From Escherichia coli (GTDB lineage: Bacteria > Pseudomonadota > Gammaproteobacteria > Enterobacterales > Enterobacteriaceae): a stretch of DNA of 64,000 bases. Under the pieces are notes generated by a model. It had not been told where the DNA came from. It saw nothing but the letters and a program-made list of their open reading frames with translations, and ran no database searches. Every line of letters begins with the position of its first letter. Within the stretch, counting starts at the first letter, position 1. Position numbers and translations under genes: made by a program. The stretch lies in the NCBI RefSeq assembly GCF_017348835.2, contig NZ_CP071375.1. The stretch is one strand, 5' to 3'. Shown here in pieces: positions 1 through 11,831 of this stretch.

Positions 1-52
1 TCACGTTATACCCAATGTGCGCATTATCAAACAGACAAAGGGAATCAACGAG

Positions 53-529
53 ATGAAAACGCCCCTGGTTACCCGGGAAGGGTATGAAAAACTCAAACAA
101 GAGCTTAATTATCTCTGGCGTGAAGAACGCCCGGAGGTCACAAAAAAGGTGACCTGGGCCGCAAGTCTGGGCGACCGCAGCGAAAATGCTGACTATCAGT
201 ATAATAAAAAGCGTCTGCGTGAAATCGACCGTCGCGTGCGCTATCTCACTAAATGCATGGAAAATCTCAAAATCGTCGATTACTCCCCTCAGCAGGAAGG
301 CAAAGTCTTTTTTGGCGCGTGGGTGGAGATTGAAAACGACGATGGCGTGACTCACCGTTTCCGTATTGTCGGCTACGATGAAATTTTTGGCCGTAAAGAT
401 TACATCTCTATCGATTCCCCGATGGCCCGCGCATTGCTGAAAAAAGAAGTCGGCGATCTGGCTGTGGTGAATACTCCTGCCGGGGAAGCGAGCTGGTATG
501 TTAATGCTATCGAGTACGTGAAACCGTAA
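53..529 (+). CDS. greB: Transcription elongation factor GreB
   Basis: ORF-track frame 17..529 trimmed to internal Met; product MKTPLVTREGYEKLKQELNYLW... is 158 aa, matching GreB. Confidence 0.9.
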   Translation: MKTPLVTREGYEKLKQELNYLWREERPEVTKKVTWAASLGDRSENADYQYNKKRLREIDRRVRYLTKCMENLKIVDYSPQQEGKVFFGAWVEIENDDGVTHRFRIVGYDEIFGRKDYISIDSPMARALLKKEVGDLAVVNTPAGEASWYVNAIEYVKP

Positions 530-625
530 GGAAGAGTCTTAACCTCCTGCCGATGGCTGGCATTTTTGCCAGCCAGTCCGTATAACTATCCCCTGATTTT
601 TGATCCGAAAAGATGAACTCAAACC

Positions 626-2947
626 ATGATGAATGATTCGTTCTGCCGCATTATTGCGGGTGAAATTCAGGCGCGCCCGGAACAGGTTGACGCTGCCGTT
701 CGCCTGCTTGACGAAGGGAATACCGTGCCGTTTATCGCACGTTATCGTAAGGAAATCACCGGCGGTCTGGATGACACGCAGCTGCGTAATCTGGAAACGC
801 GTCTGAGCTATCTGCGCGAGCTGGAAGAGAGACGTCAGGCGATCCTCAAGTCCATTTCCGAGCAAGGCAAACTCACCGATGATCTGGCGAATGCCATCAA
901 CGCCACCCTAAGCAAAACCGAACTCGAAGACCTCTACCTGCCCTACAAACCTAAACGCCGCACCCGCGGGCAAATCGCCATTGAAGCAGGGCTTGAGCCG
1001 TTGGCTGACCTGCTGTGGAGCGATCCGTCACACACGCCAGAAGTCGCCGCTGCGCAATATATTGATGCAGATAAAGGCGTGGCAGATACCAAAGCCGCGC
1101 TGGACGGCGCGCGCTATATCCTGATGGAACGGTTTGCCGAAGATGCCGCGCTGCTGGCGAAAGTGCGTGATTATCTGTGGAAGAACGCGCATTTGGTTTC
1201 TACGGTGGTGAGCGGTAAAGAAGAGGAAGGGGCGAAATTCCGCGACTATTTCGATCATCACGAACCGTTGTCCACGGTGCCTTCTCACCGCGCGCTGGCG
1301 ATGTTCCGTGGGCGTAACGAAGGCGTACTCCAGCTTTCGCTGAATGCCGATCCGCAGTTCGATGAGCCGCCAAAAGAGAGCTATTGCGAGCAAATCATCA
1401 TGGATCATCTCGGCCTGCGCCTGAACAATGCTCCGGCGGATAGCTGGCGCAAAGGCGTGGTGAGCTGGACCTGGCGCATCAAGGTGCTGATGCATCTAGA
1501 AACCGAACTGATGGGCACCGTGCGCGAACGCGCGGAAGATGAAGCAATCAACGTCTTTGCCCGTAACCTGCACGATCTGCTGATGGCGGCCCCTGCCGGA
1601 CTGCGTGCAACGATGGGCCTCGATCCGGGTCTGCGTACTGGGGTAAAAGTGGCGGTGGTCGATGCCACTGGCAAACTGGTAGCGACCGATACCATTTACC
1701 CGCACACCGGACAAGCCGCAAAAGCAGCGATGACTGTTGCTGCGCTGTGTGAAAAGCATAACGTTGAACTGGTGGCGATCGGCAACGGTACAGCTTCCCG
1801 CGAAACCGAACGTTTCTATCTCGACGTGCAGAAGCAGTTCCCGAAAGTGACCGCACAGAAAGTGATCGTCAGCGAAGCTGGCGCGTCGGTTTACTCGGCT
1901 TCCGAGCTGGCAGCGCAGGAGTTCCCGGATCTCGACGTTTCGCTGCGTGGCGCGGTTTCTATCGCCCGCCGTTTGCAGGATCCGCTGGCGGAGCTGGTGA
2001 AAATCGATCCGAAATCTATCGGCGTAGGTCAGTATCAGCATGACGTTAGCCAGACGCAACTGGCCCGCAAACTGGACGCAGTAGTAGAAGACTGCGTAAA
2101 CGCCGTTGGCGTCGATCTCAACACTGCTTCTGTTCCGCTGTTAACCCGCGTGGCGGGCCTGACGCGCATGATGGCGCAAAACATCGTGGCCTGGCGCGAT
2201 GAGAACGGCCAGTTCCAGAACCGTCAGCAACTGCTGAAAGTCAGCCGTCTGGGGCCGAAAGCCTTCGAGCAGTGCGCGGGCTTCCTGCGCATTAACCACG
2301 GTGATAACCCGCTGGACGCCTCTACCGTTCACCCGGAAGCCTATCCGGTGGTGGAACGCATTCTGGCAGCAACACAGCAGGCACTGAAAGATCTGATGGG
2401 TAACAGCAGCGAACTGCGTAACCTGAAAGCGTCTGACTTTACTGATGAAAAATTCGGTGTGCCGACAGTAACTGACATCATCAAAGAGCTGGAAAAACCG
2501 GGTCGCGATCCGCGTCCGGAATTTAAAACCGCTCAGTTTGCCGATGGCGTCGAGACAATGAACGACCTGCAACCGGGTATGATCCTCGAAGGCGCTGTCA
2601 CCAACGTCACCAACTTTGGCGCGTTTGTCGATATCGGCGTGCATCAGGACGGCCTGGTTCACATCTCTTCATTGTCGAACAAGTTTGTGGAAGATCCGCA
2701 TACCGTGGTGAAAGCGGGCGACATTGTGAAGGTGAAAGTGCTGGAAGTGGATCTTCAGCGTAAACGTATCGCCCTGACTATGCGTCTGGACGAGCAGCCT
2801 GGCGAAACCAACGCCCGTCGCGGCGGCGGTAACGATCGCCCGCAAAACAACCGCCCGGCAGCCAAACCACGCGGTCGTGAAGCGCAGCCTGCCGGTAACA
2901 GCGCGATGATGGACGCGCTGGCGGCAGCAATGGGCAAAAAACGTTAA
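626..2947 (+). CDS. tex: Tex-like transcription accessory protein (YhgF), S1 domain at C-terminus
   Basis: 773-aa ORF; expected position after greB; S1-like C-terminal region and basic tail. Confidence 0.88.
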   Translation: MMNDSFCRIIAGEIQARPEQVDAAVRLLDEGNTVPFIARYRKEITGGLDDTQLRNLETRLSYLRELEERRQAILKSISEQGKLTDDLANAINATLSKTELEDLYLPYKPKRRTRGQIAIEAGLEPLADLLWSDPSHTPEVAAAQYIDADKGVADTKAALDGARYILMERFAEDAALLAKVRDYLWKNAHLVSTVVSGKEEEGAKFRDYFDHHEPLSTVPSHRALAMFRGRNEGVLQLSLNADPQFDEPPKESYCEQIIMDHLGLRLNNAPADSWRKGVVSWTWRIKVLMHLETELMGTVRERAEDEAINVFARNLHDLLMAAPAGLRATMGLDPGLRTGVKVAVVDATGKLVATDTIYPHTGQAAKAAMTVAALCEKHNVELVAIGNGTASRETERFYLDVQKQFPKVTAQKVIVSEAGASVYSASELAAQEFPDLDVSLRGAVSIARRLQDPLAELVKIDPKSIGVGQYQHDVSQTQLARKLDAVVEDCVNAVGVDLNTASVPLLTRVAGLTRMMAQNIVAWRDENGQFQNRQQLLKVSRLGPKAFEQCAGFLRINHGDNPLDASTVHPEAYPVVERILAATQQALKDLMGNSSELRNLKASDFTDEKFGVPTVTDIIKELEKPGRDPRPEFKTAQFADGVETMNDLQPGMILEGAVTNVTNFGAFVDIGVHQDGLVHISSLSNKFVEDPHTVVKAGDIVKVKVLEVDLQRKRIALTMRLDEQPGETNARRGGGNDRPQNNRPAAKPRGREAQPAGNSAMMDALAAAMGKKR

Positions 2948-2964
2948 ACGCCCGGACTGGCCCC

Positions 2965-3008
2965 TAAACCTGCGCGATAAGGCGTTCACGCCGCATCTGG
3001 CAACGAAC
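2965..3008. repeat. REP-like extragenic palindrome downstream of tex
   Basis: gataaggcgttcacgccgcatc resembles the REP consensus family (GCCGGATGCGGCGTGAACGCCTTATC, reverse orientation). Confidence 0.45.
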
Positions 3009-3249
3009 GCCTTGTCTGACATAAAAGTGCCGGAGAATATCTCCGGCATATTTATTCCACAGCCAAACTCACAATATATTCCGTTAATATTTATCACTTC
3101 ATTAACAACTGAAACCTTAATTAAACATTAGCCAGTCCTGGTAATTCGCTATTCGAATTATATTTTCGCTGCGATATAACCTTGAGCCACATCAACATTG
3201 AGTCAGATTATTATTCAAACCAACATTCGCACACATTTTAAGTATTGCT

Positions 3250-3276
3250 GATAGAAACCATTCTCATTATCATTGT
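3250..3276. promoter_or_regulatory. Candidate Fur box in the feoABC promoter region
   Basis: AT-rich segment ...attctcattatcattg... resembling the GATAATGATAATCATTATC Fur consensus, about 110 bp upstream of feoA. Confidence 0.4.
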
Positions 3277-3384
3277 ACTGTTGATTATTTAATCTCTCCT
3301 TCGTTGGCAAATCATCTGGTCTCATGTCGCTGTCAAACGCCCCATGAGGTAGTTATCCAGTTAATGAGAAACAAGTAGGCACCT

Positions 3385-3612
3385 ATGCAATACACTCCAG
3401 ATACTGCGTGGAAAATCACTGGCTTTTCCCGTGAAATCAGCCCGGCATATCGCCAAAAACTGCTTTCTCTTGGCATGTTACCTGGCTCCTCTTTTAATGT
3501 GGTGCGCGTCGCTCCACTCGGCGACCCCATTCATATCGAAACCCGTCGTGTGAGCCTGGTATTACGCAAAAAAGATCTGGCCTTATTAGAAGTGGAAGCG
3601 GTTTCCTGTTAA
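3385..3612 (+). CDS. feoA: Ferrous iron transport protein A
   Basis: 75-aa [17 protein letters not shown]..., immediately upstream of feoB. Confidence 0.92.
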   Translation: MQYTPDTAWKITGFSREISPAYRQKLLSLGMLPGSSFNVVRVAPLGDPIHIETRRVSLVLRKKDLALLEVEAVSC

Positions 3613-3628
3613 TACGGTGATAACAACA

Positions 3629-5950
3629 ATGAAAAAATTAACCATAGGCTTAATTGGTAATCCAAATTCTGGCAAGACAACCTTATTTAACCAGCTCACT
3701 GGCGCACGTCAGCGTGTAGGTAACTGGGCTGGCGTTACCGTCGAACGTAAAGAAGGGCAATTCTCCACCACCGATCATCAGGTCACGCTGGTGGACCTGC
3801 CCGGCACCTATTCTCTGACCACCATCTCATCGCAGACCTCGCTCGATGAGCAAATCGCCTGTCACTACATTTTGAGTGGCGACGCCGACCTGCTGATTAA
3901 CGTGGTGGATGCGTCTAACCTTGAGCGTAACCTGTACCTAACGCTACAACTGCTGGAACTCGGCATTCCCTGCATCGTGGCACTGAACATGCTCGACATT
4001 GCCGAGAAGCAAAATATTCGTATTGAAATTGATGCTCTGTCGGCGCGTCTTGGCTGCCCAGTGATCCCGCTGGTTTCAACCCGTGGTCGCGGTATTGAAG
4101 CGCTCAAGCTGGCGATTGATCGCTATAAAGCTAACGAGAATGTGGAACTGGTGCATTACGCACAGCCGCTGCTCAACGAAGCAGATTCACTGGCAAAAGT
4201 GATGCCTTCCGACATCCCGCTGAAACAACGTCGCTGGCTGGGCCTGCAAATGCTGGAAGGCGATATCTACAGCCGCGCCTACGCCGGTGAAGCGTCGCAG
4301 CATCTGGATGCCGCCCTCGCCCGTCTGCGTAATGAGATGGACGATCCGGCGCTGCACATTGCCGATGCGCGTTACCAGTGCATTGCTGCCATCTGTGATG
4401 TGGTAAGCAACACCCTGACGGCAGAACCCAGCCGTTTCACCACTGCGGTAGATAAAATCGTGCTCAACCGTTTCCTCGGTCTGCCGATTTTCCTCTTTGT
4501 GATGTACCTGATGTTCCTGCTGGCTATCAACATCGGCGGGGCGTTACAGCCGCTGTTTGACGTCGGCTCCGTGGCGCTATTTGTGCATGGTATTCAATGG
4601 ATTGGCTACACGCTCCACTTCCCGGACTGGCTGACTATCTTCCTCGCCCAGGGCCTGGGTGGCGGTATTAACACCGTGCTGCCACTGGTGCCGCAGATCG
4701 GCATGATGTACCTGTTCCTCTCCTTCCTTGAGGACTCCGGCTATATGGCGCGTGCGGCGTTTGTGATGGACCGTCTGATGCAGGCGCTGGGCTTGCCGGG
4801 GAAATCCTTTGTACCGCTGATCGTTGGTTTCGGTTGTAACGTACCGTCGGTAATGGGCGCACGTACGCTTGATGCACCGCGTGAACGTCTGATGACCATC
4901 ATGATGGCACCGTTTATGTCCTGCGGTGCGCGTCTGGCTATCTTCGCAGTATTCGCGGCTGCCTTCTTCGGGCAGAACGGTGCGCTGGCGGTCTTCTCGC
5001 TGTATATGCTGGGTATCGTAATGGCGGTGCTGACTGGCCTGATGCTCAAGTACACCATCATGCGCGGTGAAGCGACGCCGTTTGTCATGGAGCTGCCGGT
5101 CTACCATGTACCACACGTTAAAAGCCTGATTATCCAGACCTGGCAGCGCCTGAAAGGCTTCGTTCTGCGTGCTGGTAAAGTGATTATCATCGTCAGCATT
5201 TTCCTGAGCGCTTTCAACAGCTTCTCGTTGAGCGGGAAAATCGTCGATAACATCAACGACTCGGCGCTGGCTTCCGTCAGCCGGGTGATCACCCCGGTCT
5301 TCAAGCCGATTGGCGTGCATGAAGATAACTGGCAGGCAACAGTTGGCCTGTTTACGGGTGCAATGGCGAAAGAAGTGGTGGTGGGTACACTCAACACCCT
5401 CTACACCGCAGAAAATATTCAGGACGAAGAGTTCAATCCGGCGGAATTTAACCTCGGTGAAGAGTTGTTCAGCGCGGTAGATGAAACCTGGCAGAGCCTG
5501 AAAGACACCTTCAGCCTTAGCGTACTGATGAACCCCATTGAAGCTAGCAAAGGCGACGGCGAAATGGGTACCGGGGCGATGGGTGTGATGGATCAGAAAT
5601 TCGGTAGCGCAGCTGCCGCATACAGCTACCTGATTTTCGTCCTGCTGTATGTACCGTGCATCTCGGTGATGGGAGCCATCGCCCGTGAATCAAGCCGTGG
5701 CTGGATGGGCTTCTCCATCCTGTGGGGGTTGAATATCGCTTACTCGCTGGCAACATTGTTCTATCAAGTCGCCAGCTACAGCCAGCATCCAACTTACAGC
5801 CTGGTGTGCATTCTGGCGGTTATCCTGTTTAACATCGTAGTTATCGGACTGCTGCGCCGCGCGCGTAGCCGGGTGGATATCGAACTGCTGGCAACCCGCA
5901 AGTCGGTAAGCAGTTGCTGCGCAGCCAGCACCACCGGTGATTGCCATTAA
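3629..5950 (+). CDS. feoB: Ferrous iron transporter FeoB (GTPase plus permease)
   Basis: ORF-track frame 3617.. trimmed to [25 protein letters not shown] (G-protein P-loop); 773 aa; polytopic C-terminal region. Confidence 0.92.
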   Translation: MKKLTIGLIGNPNSGKTTLFNQLTGARQRVGNWAGVTVERKEGQFSTTDHQVTLVDLPGTYSLTTISSQTSLDEQIACHYILSGDADLLINVVDASNLERNLYLTLQLLELGIPCIVALNMLDIAEKQNIRIEIDALSARLGCPVIPLVSTRGRGIEALKLAIDRYKANENVELVHYAQPLLNEADSLAKVMPSDIPLKQRRWLGLQMLEGDIYSRAYAGEASQHLDAALARLRNEMDDPALHIADARYQCIAAICDVVSNTLTAEPSRFTTAVDKIVLNRFLGLPIFLFVMYLMFLLAINIGGALQPLFDVGSVALFVHGIQWIGYTLHFPDWLTIFLAQGLGGGINTVLPLVPQIGMMYLFLSFLEDSGYMARAAFVMDRLMQALGLPGKSFVPLIVGFGCNVPSVMGARTLDAPRERLMTIMMAPFMSCGARLAIFAVFAAAFFGQNGALAVFSLYMLGIVMAVLTGLMLKYTIMRGEATPFVMELPVYHVPHVKSLIIQTWQRLKGFVLRAGKVIIIVSIFLSAFNSFSLSGKIVDNINDSALASVSRVITPVFKPIGVHEDNWQATVGLFTGAMAKEVVVGTLNTLYTAENIQDEEFNPAEFNLGEELFSAVDETWQSLKDTFSLSVLMNPIEASKGDGEMGTGAMGVMDQKFGSAAAAYSYLIFVLLYVPCISVMGAIARESSRGWMGFSILWGLNIAYSLATLFYQVASYSQHPTYSLVCILAVILFNIVVIGLLRRARSRVDIELLATRKSVSSCCAASTTGDCH

Positions 5951-6186
5951 TGGCTTCACTTATTCAGGTACGTGATTTGCTGGCGTTACGGGGCCGTATG
6001 GAAGCGGCCCAGATAAGCCAGACATTGAACACTCCACAGCCAATGATTAACGCCATGCTGCAACAGCTGGAAAGCATGGGCAAAGCCGTGCGGATTCAGG
6101 AAGAACCTGACGGCTGCCTCTCTGGCAGTTGTAAAAGCTGCCCGGAAGGCAAAGCCTGTCTGCGCGAGTGGTGGGCGCTGCGTTAA
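5950..6186 (+). CDS. feoC: FeoC, small Fe-S dependent regulator
   Basis: Trimmed to [15 protein letters not shown]...; 78 aa; Cys cluster [15 protein letters not shown]; start overlaps feoB stop. Confidence 0.85.
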   Translation: MASLIQVRDLLALRGRMEAAQISQTLNTPQPMINAMLQQLESMGKAVRIQEEPDGCLSGSCKSCPEGKACLREWWALR

Positions 6187-6210
6187 CCATACTCCATCGC
6201 CTGTTTTGAA

Positions 6211-6244
6211 AAGCCCGGTATGCGTTTGCATCCGGGCTTTTTTG
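6211..6244 (+). terminator. Rho-independent terminator after feoC
   Basis: aagcccgg-(12 nt loop)-tccgggctt followed by a T-run. Confidence 0.7.
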
Positions 6245-6388
6245 CGTGCGGCTTTCCATAAAAATGCAATTCTTGCAGCGCGACGTAAGTTCCTCTGAAA
6301 GCGTCTCGCAGGGATGAAAACTGGCTAATGCACAGGTGTGGAGTGGCGCGTAGAGTCGCGGCATTCAAACAACAGGTGAAGGAACGCC

Positions 6389-7267
6389 ATGAGCAAAAAG
6401 CAGAGTTCCACCCCACACGATGCGCTGTTCAAACTCTTTTTACGCCAACCGGACACGGCACGCGATTTTCTTGCGTTTCATTTACCGGCACCCATTCACG
6501 CGCTCTGTGATATGAAAACCCTCAAGCTGGAGTCGAGCAGCTTTATTGATGACGATCTGCGTGAAAGCTATTCCGACGTGCTGTGGTCGGTGAAAACGGA
6601 ACAAGGACCAGGATACATCTATTGTCTGATTGAACATCAAAGCACCTCAAACAAACTGATCGCATTTCGCATGATGCGCTACGCCATTGCCGCAATGCAA
6701 AACCACCTGGATGCCGGACACAAAACGTTGCCGATGGTAGTGCCATTGTTGTTTTATCACGGTATTGAAAGCTCCTATCCCTATTCGCTGTGTTGGCTGG
6801 ATTGTTTCGCCGATCCCAACCTGGCAAGGCAGCTTTATGCCTCTGCATTTCCGCTGATTGATGTCACCGTCATGCCTGATGATGAAATCATGCAGCACCG
6901 ACGCATGGCGCTGCTGGAGTTAATTCAAAAACATATTCGTCAACGCGACCTGATGGGGCTGGTAGAGCAAATGGCCTGCTTATTAAGTAGTGGATACGCT
7001 AATGACAGACAAATCAAAGGGCTGTTTAATTACATCTTGCAAACCGGCGATGCGGTACGTTTTAACGATTTTATCGACGGCGTTGCCGAACGTTCACCGA
7101 AACACAAGGAGAGTTTAATGACTATTGCGGAAAGATTGCGGCAGGAGGGGTTTCAGAAAGGTATACGTGCTATTGCCAAAACCATGCTGGATGCCGGAGT
7201 CCCTCTTGAGGACGTTCTGCGATTTACCGGGCTGTCAGAGGAAGAATTGGCTGCGGCGAACCAGTAG
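6389..7267 (+). CDS. rpnA: Rpn-family recombination-promoting nuclease / transposase-like protein (YhgA)
   Basis: 292-aa ORF at the expected position after feoC; matches recollection of YhgA. Confidence 0.8.
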   Translation: MSKKQSSTPHDALFKLFLRQPDTARDFLAFHLPAPIHALCDMKTLKLESSSFIDDDLRESYSDVLWSVKTEQGPGYIYCLIEHQSTSNKLIAFRMMRYAIAAMQNHLDAGHKTLPMVVPLLFYHGIESSYPYSLCWLDCFADPNLARQLYASAFPLIDVTVMPDDEIMQHRRMALLELIQKHIRQRDLMGLVEQMACLLSSGYANDRQIKGLFNYILQTGDAVRFNDFIDGVAERSPKHKESLMTIAERLRQEGFQKGIRAIAKTMLDAGVPLEDVLRFTGLSEEELAAANQ

Positions 7268-7283
7268 ACACTATCCCCTGCTT

Positions 7284-7329
7284 AAGTGCTACTTTATGCT
7301 ATCTTGCATGTAACACAAAGTAGCACTTA
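7284..7329. promoter_or_regulatory. 13-bp perfect inverted repeat (taagtgctacttt / aaagtagcactta); candidate operator for the downstream toxin-antitoxin pair, or yhgA terminator
   Basis: Arms at 7284-7296 and 7317-7329 separated by 20 bp; sits 10 bp upstream of the antitoxin start codon. Confidence 0.45.
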
Positions 7330-7338
7330 GGAACTGAT

Positions 7339-7608
7339 ATGCAGACAGTGAAATTACGGCAACAAGGAGGAGCCATGATCGTTACTATCCCACGAGATCT
7401 TGCCACCGATCTTGGCTAGTCACCGGGCACAGAGCTTACCGTGGAGAAAAAGGGCGATAGCGTTAATTTACGCGCAACCGGGCACAAACCGCGTGGGCGT
7501 CTTACCGTCGCGCAGTTGTTGAGCCAGATCGATGAAAGCGAAATTACGCAGCTAAATCAGTCCACAGAAGGATGGGCTGAAGGGAAAAAAGGTAATGAAG
7601 CATGGTAA
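7339..7608 (+). pseudogene. PemI/MazE/ChpS-like (AbrB/SpoVT fold) antitoxin interrupted by an in-frame TAG at 7417-7419
   Basis: Hand translation MQTVKLRQQGGAMIVTIPRDLATDLG*SPGTELTVEKKGDSVNLRATGHKPRGRLTVAQLLSQIDESEITQLNQSTEGWAEGKKGNEAW; SD agga upstream of ATG 7339; 3' end overlaps toxin start by 7 nt. Confidence 0.7.
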
Positions 7609-7970
7609 AGGCACGGACGCCACATCGTGGTGAGATCTGGTATTTTAACCCTGATCCGGTTGCCGGGCATGAACTTCGGGGTCCACATCATTGCATTGTG
7701 GTAACGGACAAAAAACTCAACAATGTTTTAAAAGTTGCTATGTGCTGCCCGATTACAACAGAGGCAAATGCAGCACGTTCCACAGGGGTGACGGTGAACG
7801 TCCTCCCCCATGATACGCAAACCGGTAACCTGCATGGCGTTGTGCTCTGTCACCAGCTAAAAGCTGTCGATCTTATTGCCCGTGGCGCTAAATTTCATAC
7901 CGTTGCCGATGAAGCATTGATTAGTGAGGTGATCGGTAAACTGGTGAATTTAATCGACCCACAACAGTAG
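7602..7970 (+). CDS. PemK/MazF/ChpB-family endoribonuclease toxin
   Basis: 122 aa; RGEIWYFNPDPVAGHELRGPHHCIVV...CCPITT...LHGVVLCHQLKAVDLIAR parallels MazF/ChpBK/PemK; no counterpart at this position in my recollection of K-12. Confidence 0.8.
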   Translation: MVKARTPHRGEIWYFNPDPVAGHELRGPHHCIVVTDKKLNNVLKVAMCCPITTEANAARSTGVTVNVLPHDTQTGNLHGVVLCHQLKAVDLIARGAKFHTVADEALISEVIGKLVNLIDPQQ

Positions 7971-7984
7971 CCCTGACTTATCAC

Positions 7985-9476
<1,492 letters not shown>

Positions 9477-9534
9477 AGCCTCGATGATGGGCGTATTATA
9501 ACCAACTAAAATAGTCAACTATTAGGCCATTACT

Positions 9535-10110
9535 ATGATCCGTATTTCCGATGCTGCACAAGCGCACTTTGCCAAACTGCTGGCAAACCAGGAAGAAGGG
9601 ACACAAATCCGCGTATTTGTGATTAACCCTGGCACGCCTAACGCTGAATGTGGTGTTTCTTATTGTCCGCCGGATGCCGTGGAAGCCACCGACACTGCCC
9701 TGAAATTTGACCTGCTGACCGCGTATGTTGATGAGTTAAGCGCACCATACCTGGAAGATGCAGAGATCGATTTTGTTACCGACCAGTTGGGCTCTCAGCT
9801 AACACTGAAAGCGCCTAACGCCAAAATGCGTAAAGTGGCAGACGATGCACCACTGATGGAGCGCGTGGAGTATATGCTGCAGTCGCAGATCAACCCACAG
9901 CTTGCTGGTCACGGTGGCCGCGTTTCACTGATGGAAATCACCGAAGACGGTTACGCCATTCTGCAATTTGGCGGCGGCTGTAACGGTTGTTCCATGGTCG
10001 ATGTGACGCTGAAAGAAGGGATCGAGAAGCAGCTGCTAAACGAATTCCCGGAGCTGAAAGGTGTGCGCGATCTCACCGAACACCAGCGCGGCGAACACTC
10101 CTACTACTAA
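9535..10110 (+). CDS. nfuA: Fe/S biogenesis protein NfuA
   Basis: 191 aa; C-terminal Nfu domain with CNGCS motif. Confidence 0.9.
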
Positions 10111-10168
<58 letters not shown>

Positions 10169-10294
10169 GTTGAACATGTGCCAGACGTTGGCGCAGCATT
10201 GCTTTGGCAAATCCCTCCCTTCGTTTCCCCGCGATAATATGACCAACCTCTCATAATTTAAATTTACCCCGCTCTGGTGATTCTCAAATGCCAG

Positions 10295-10316
10295 ATGTTA
10301 CCCGTATCATTCACAT
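10295..10316. promoter_or_regulatory. Candidate GntR operator in the gntT promoter
   Basis: atgttacccgtatcattcacat shares the ATGTTACCCGTA half-site with the operator-like element upstream of gntK in this window. Confidence 0.4.
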
Positions 10317-10470
10317 GGGTACCAAACATACTCCTGACATCTGACTACAATAATTAGTTTTAGTGGGTATCAGTCGTGGTGCCGCAATATCTCTGTTCCC
10401 GATTGGGATAATTAGAGTTTGTCGTCAGAAAATTGACGTTACCCATAACAAATGAAAGGCCAGGTAAATC

Positions 10471-11787
10471 ATGCCATTAGTCATTGTTGCTATCGGTGTA
10501 ATCTTGTTGTTGCTCCTGATGATCCGCTTCAAAATGAACGGCTTCATCGCTCTCGTCCTCGTGGCGCTTGCTGTTGGATTAATGCAAGGAATGCCGCTGG
10601 ATAAAGTTATTGGCTCCATCAAAGCCGGTGTCGGCGGGACGCTCGGTAGCCTTGCCCTGATCATGGGTTTTGGCGCAATGCTGGGCAAAATGCTGGCAGA
10701 CTGCGGTGGCGCACAACGTATCGCCACCACGCTGATTGCCAAATTTGGTAAAAAACACATCCAGTGGGCGGTGGTACTGACCGGTTTTACCGTTGGTTTT
10801 GCCCTGTTCTATGAAGTGGGCTTTGTGCTGATGCTGCCGCTGGTGTTTACCATCGCGGCTTCCGCGAATATTCCACTGCTGTATGTTGGTGTACCAATGG
10901 CAGCTGCACTGTCTGTGACCCACGGCTTCCTGCCACCGCATCCGGGCCCGACTGCGATTGCCACCATTTTCAATGCCGACATGGGTAAAACCCTGCTGTA
11001 CGGTACTATTCTGGCAATCCCGACCGTGATTCTCGCCGGTCCGGTTTACGCTCGCGTGTTGAAAGGTATCGATAAGCCAATTCCGGAAGGTCTCTACAGC
11101 GCGAAAACCTTCAGCGAAGAAGAGATGCCGAGCTTTGGCGTCAGCGTCTGGACCTCTCTGGTGCCGGTAGTACTGATGGCGATGCGTGCGATTGCCGAAA
11201 TGATCCTGCCGAAAGGTCACGCTTTCCTGCCGGTAGCGGAGTTCCTCGGTGACCCGGTAATGGCTACGCTGATTGCCGTGCTGATTGCGATGTTCACCTT
11301 TGGTCTAAACCGTGGTCGTTCAATGGATCAGATTAACGACACGCTGGTTTCTTCCATCAAAATCATTGCGATGATGCTGTTGATCATCGGTGGTGGCGGT
11401 GCGTTCAAGCAGGTGCTGGTAGACAGCGGCGTGGACAAATACATTGCTTCCATGATGCACGAAACCAACATTTCTCCGCTGCTGATGGCCTGGTCGATTG
11501 CTGCCGTACTGCGTATCGCGCTGGGTTCCGCAACCGTTGCGGCAATCACTGCGGGTGGTATCGCGGCACCGCTGATTGCAACGACGGGTGTTAGCCCGGA
11601 GCTGATGGTTATTGCGGTTGGTTCCGGTAGTGTGATTTTCTCTCATGTGAACGATCCGGGCTTCTGGCTGTTCAAAGAGTACTTTAACCTGACTATCGGC
11701 GAGACCATCAAATCCTGGTCGATGCTGGAAACCATTATCTCGGTGTGCGGTCTGGTAGGCTGTCTGCTGCTGAATATGGTGATTTGA
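10471..11787 (+). CDS. gntT: High-affinity gluconate transporter
   Basis: 438 aa polytopic GntP-family permease at the expected locus. Confidence 0.92.
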   Translation: MPLVIVAIGVILLLLLMIRFKMNGFIALVLVALAVGLMQGMPLDKVIGSIKAGVGGTLGSLALIMGFGAMLGKMLADCGGAQRIATTLIAKFGKKHIQWAVVLTGFTVGFALFYEVGFVLMLPLVFTIAASANIPLLYVGVPMAAALSVTHGFLPPHPGPTAIATIFNADMGKTLLYGTILAIPTVILAGPVYARVLKGIDKPIPEGLYSAKTFSEEEMPSFGVSVWTSLVPVVLMAMRAIAEMILPKGHAFLPVAEFLGDPVMATLIAVLIAMFTFGLNRGRSMDQINDTLVSSIKIIAMMLLIIGGGGAFKQVLVDSGVDKYIASMMHETNISPLLMAWSIAAVLRIALGSATVAAITAGGIAAPLIATTGVSPELMVIAVGSGSVIFSHVNDPGFWLFKEYFNLTIGETIKSWSMLETIISVCGLVGCLLLNMVI

Positions 11788-11797
11788 TAACACTGAC

Positions 11798-11821
11798 TGC
11801 CGGATGCATCGCATCCGGCAT
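11798..11821. terminator. Hairpin between convergent gntT and malQ (bidirectional terminator candidate)
   Basis: gccggatgc-atc-gcatccggc palindrome. Confidence 0.55.
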
Positions 11822-11831
11822 CAACCGCACT

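Noticed and set aside
17-52. Longer N-terminal extensions offered by the ORF track for greB, feoB, feoC, gntX, rtcR, glpR, glpE, glpD, glgC, asd, gntK, yhhY, ggt, ugpC and livF
   Set aside because: In each case an internal start gives the length and N-terminus expected for the known protein; the extensions simply run back to the previous in-frame stop.
539-865. 108-aa minus-strand ORF across the greB-tex junction
   Set aside because: Antisense to the tex start and the intergenic region, with no recognisable motifs; tex accounts for this DNA.
1028-2059. Several 96-187 aa minus-strand ORFs inside tex, with similar antisense ORFs inside malP, glgP, glgB, glpD, livM and others
   Set aside because: These are antisense frames within well-supported genes and are typical of GC-rich coding DNA; none has a convincing start context or motif.
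3001-3384. AT-rich 400-bp region upstream of feoA as a possible foreign insert
   Set aside because: A long AT-rich regulatory leader with a Fur-box-like site is expected for the feoABC promoter.
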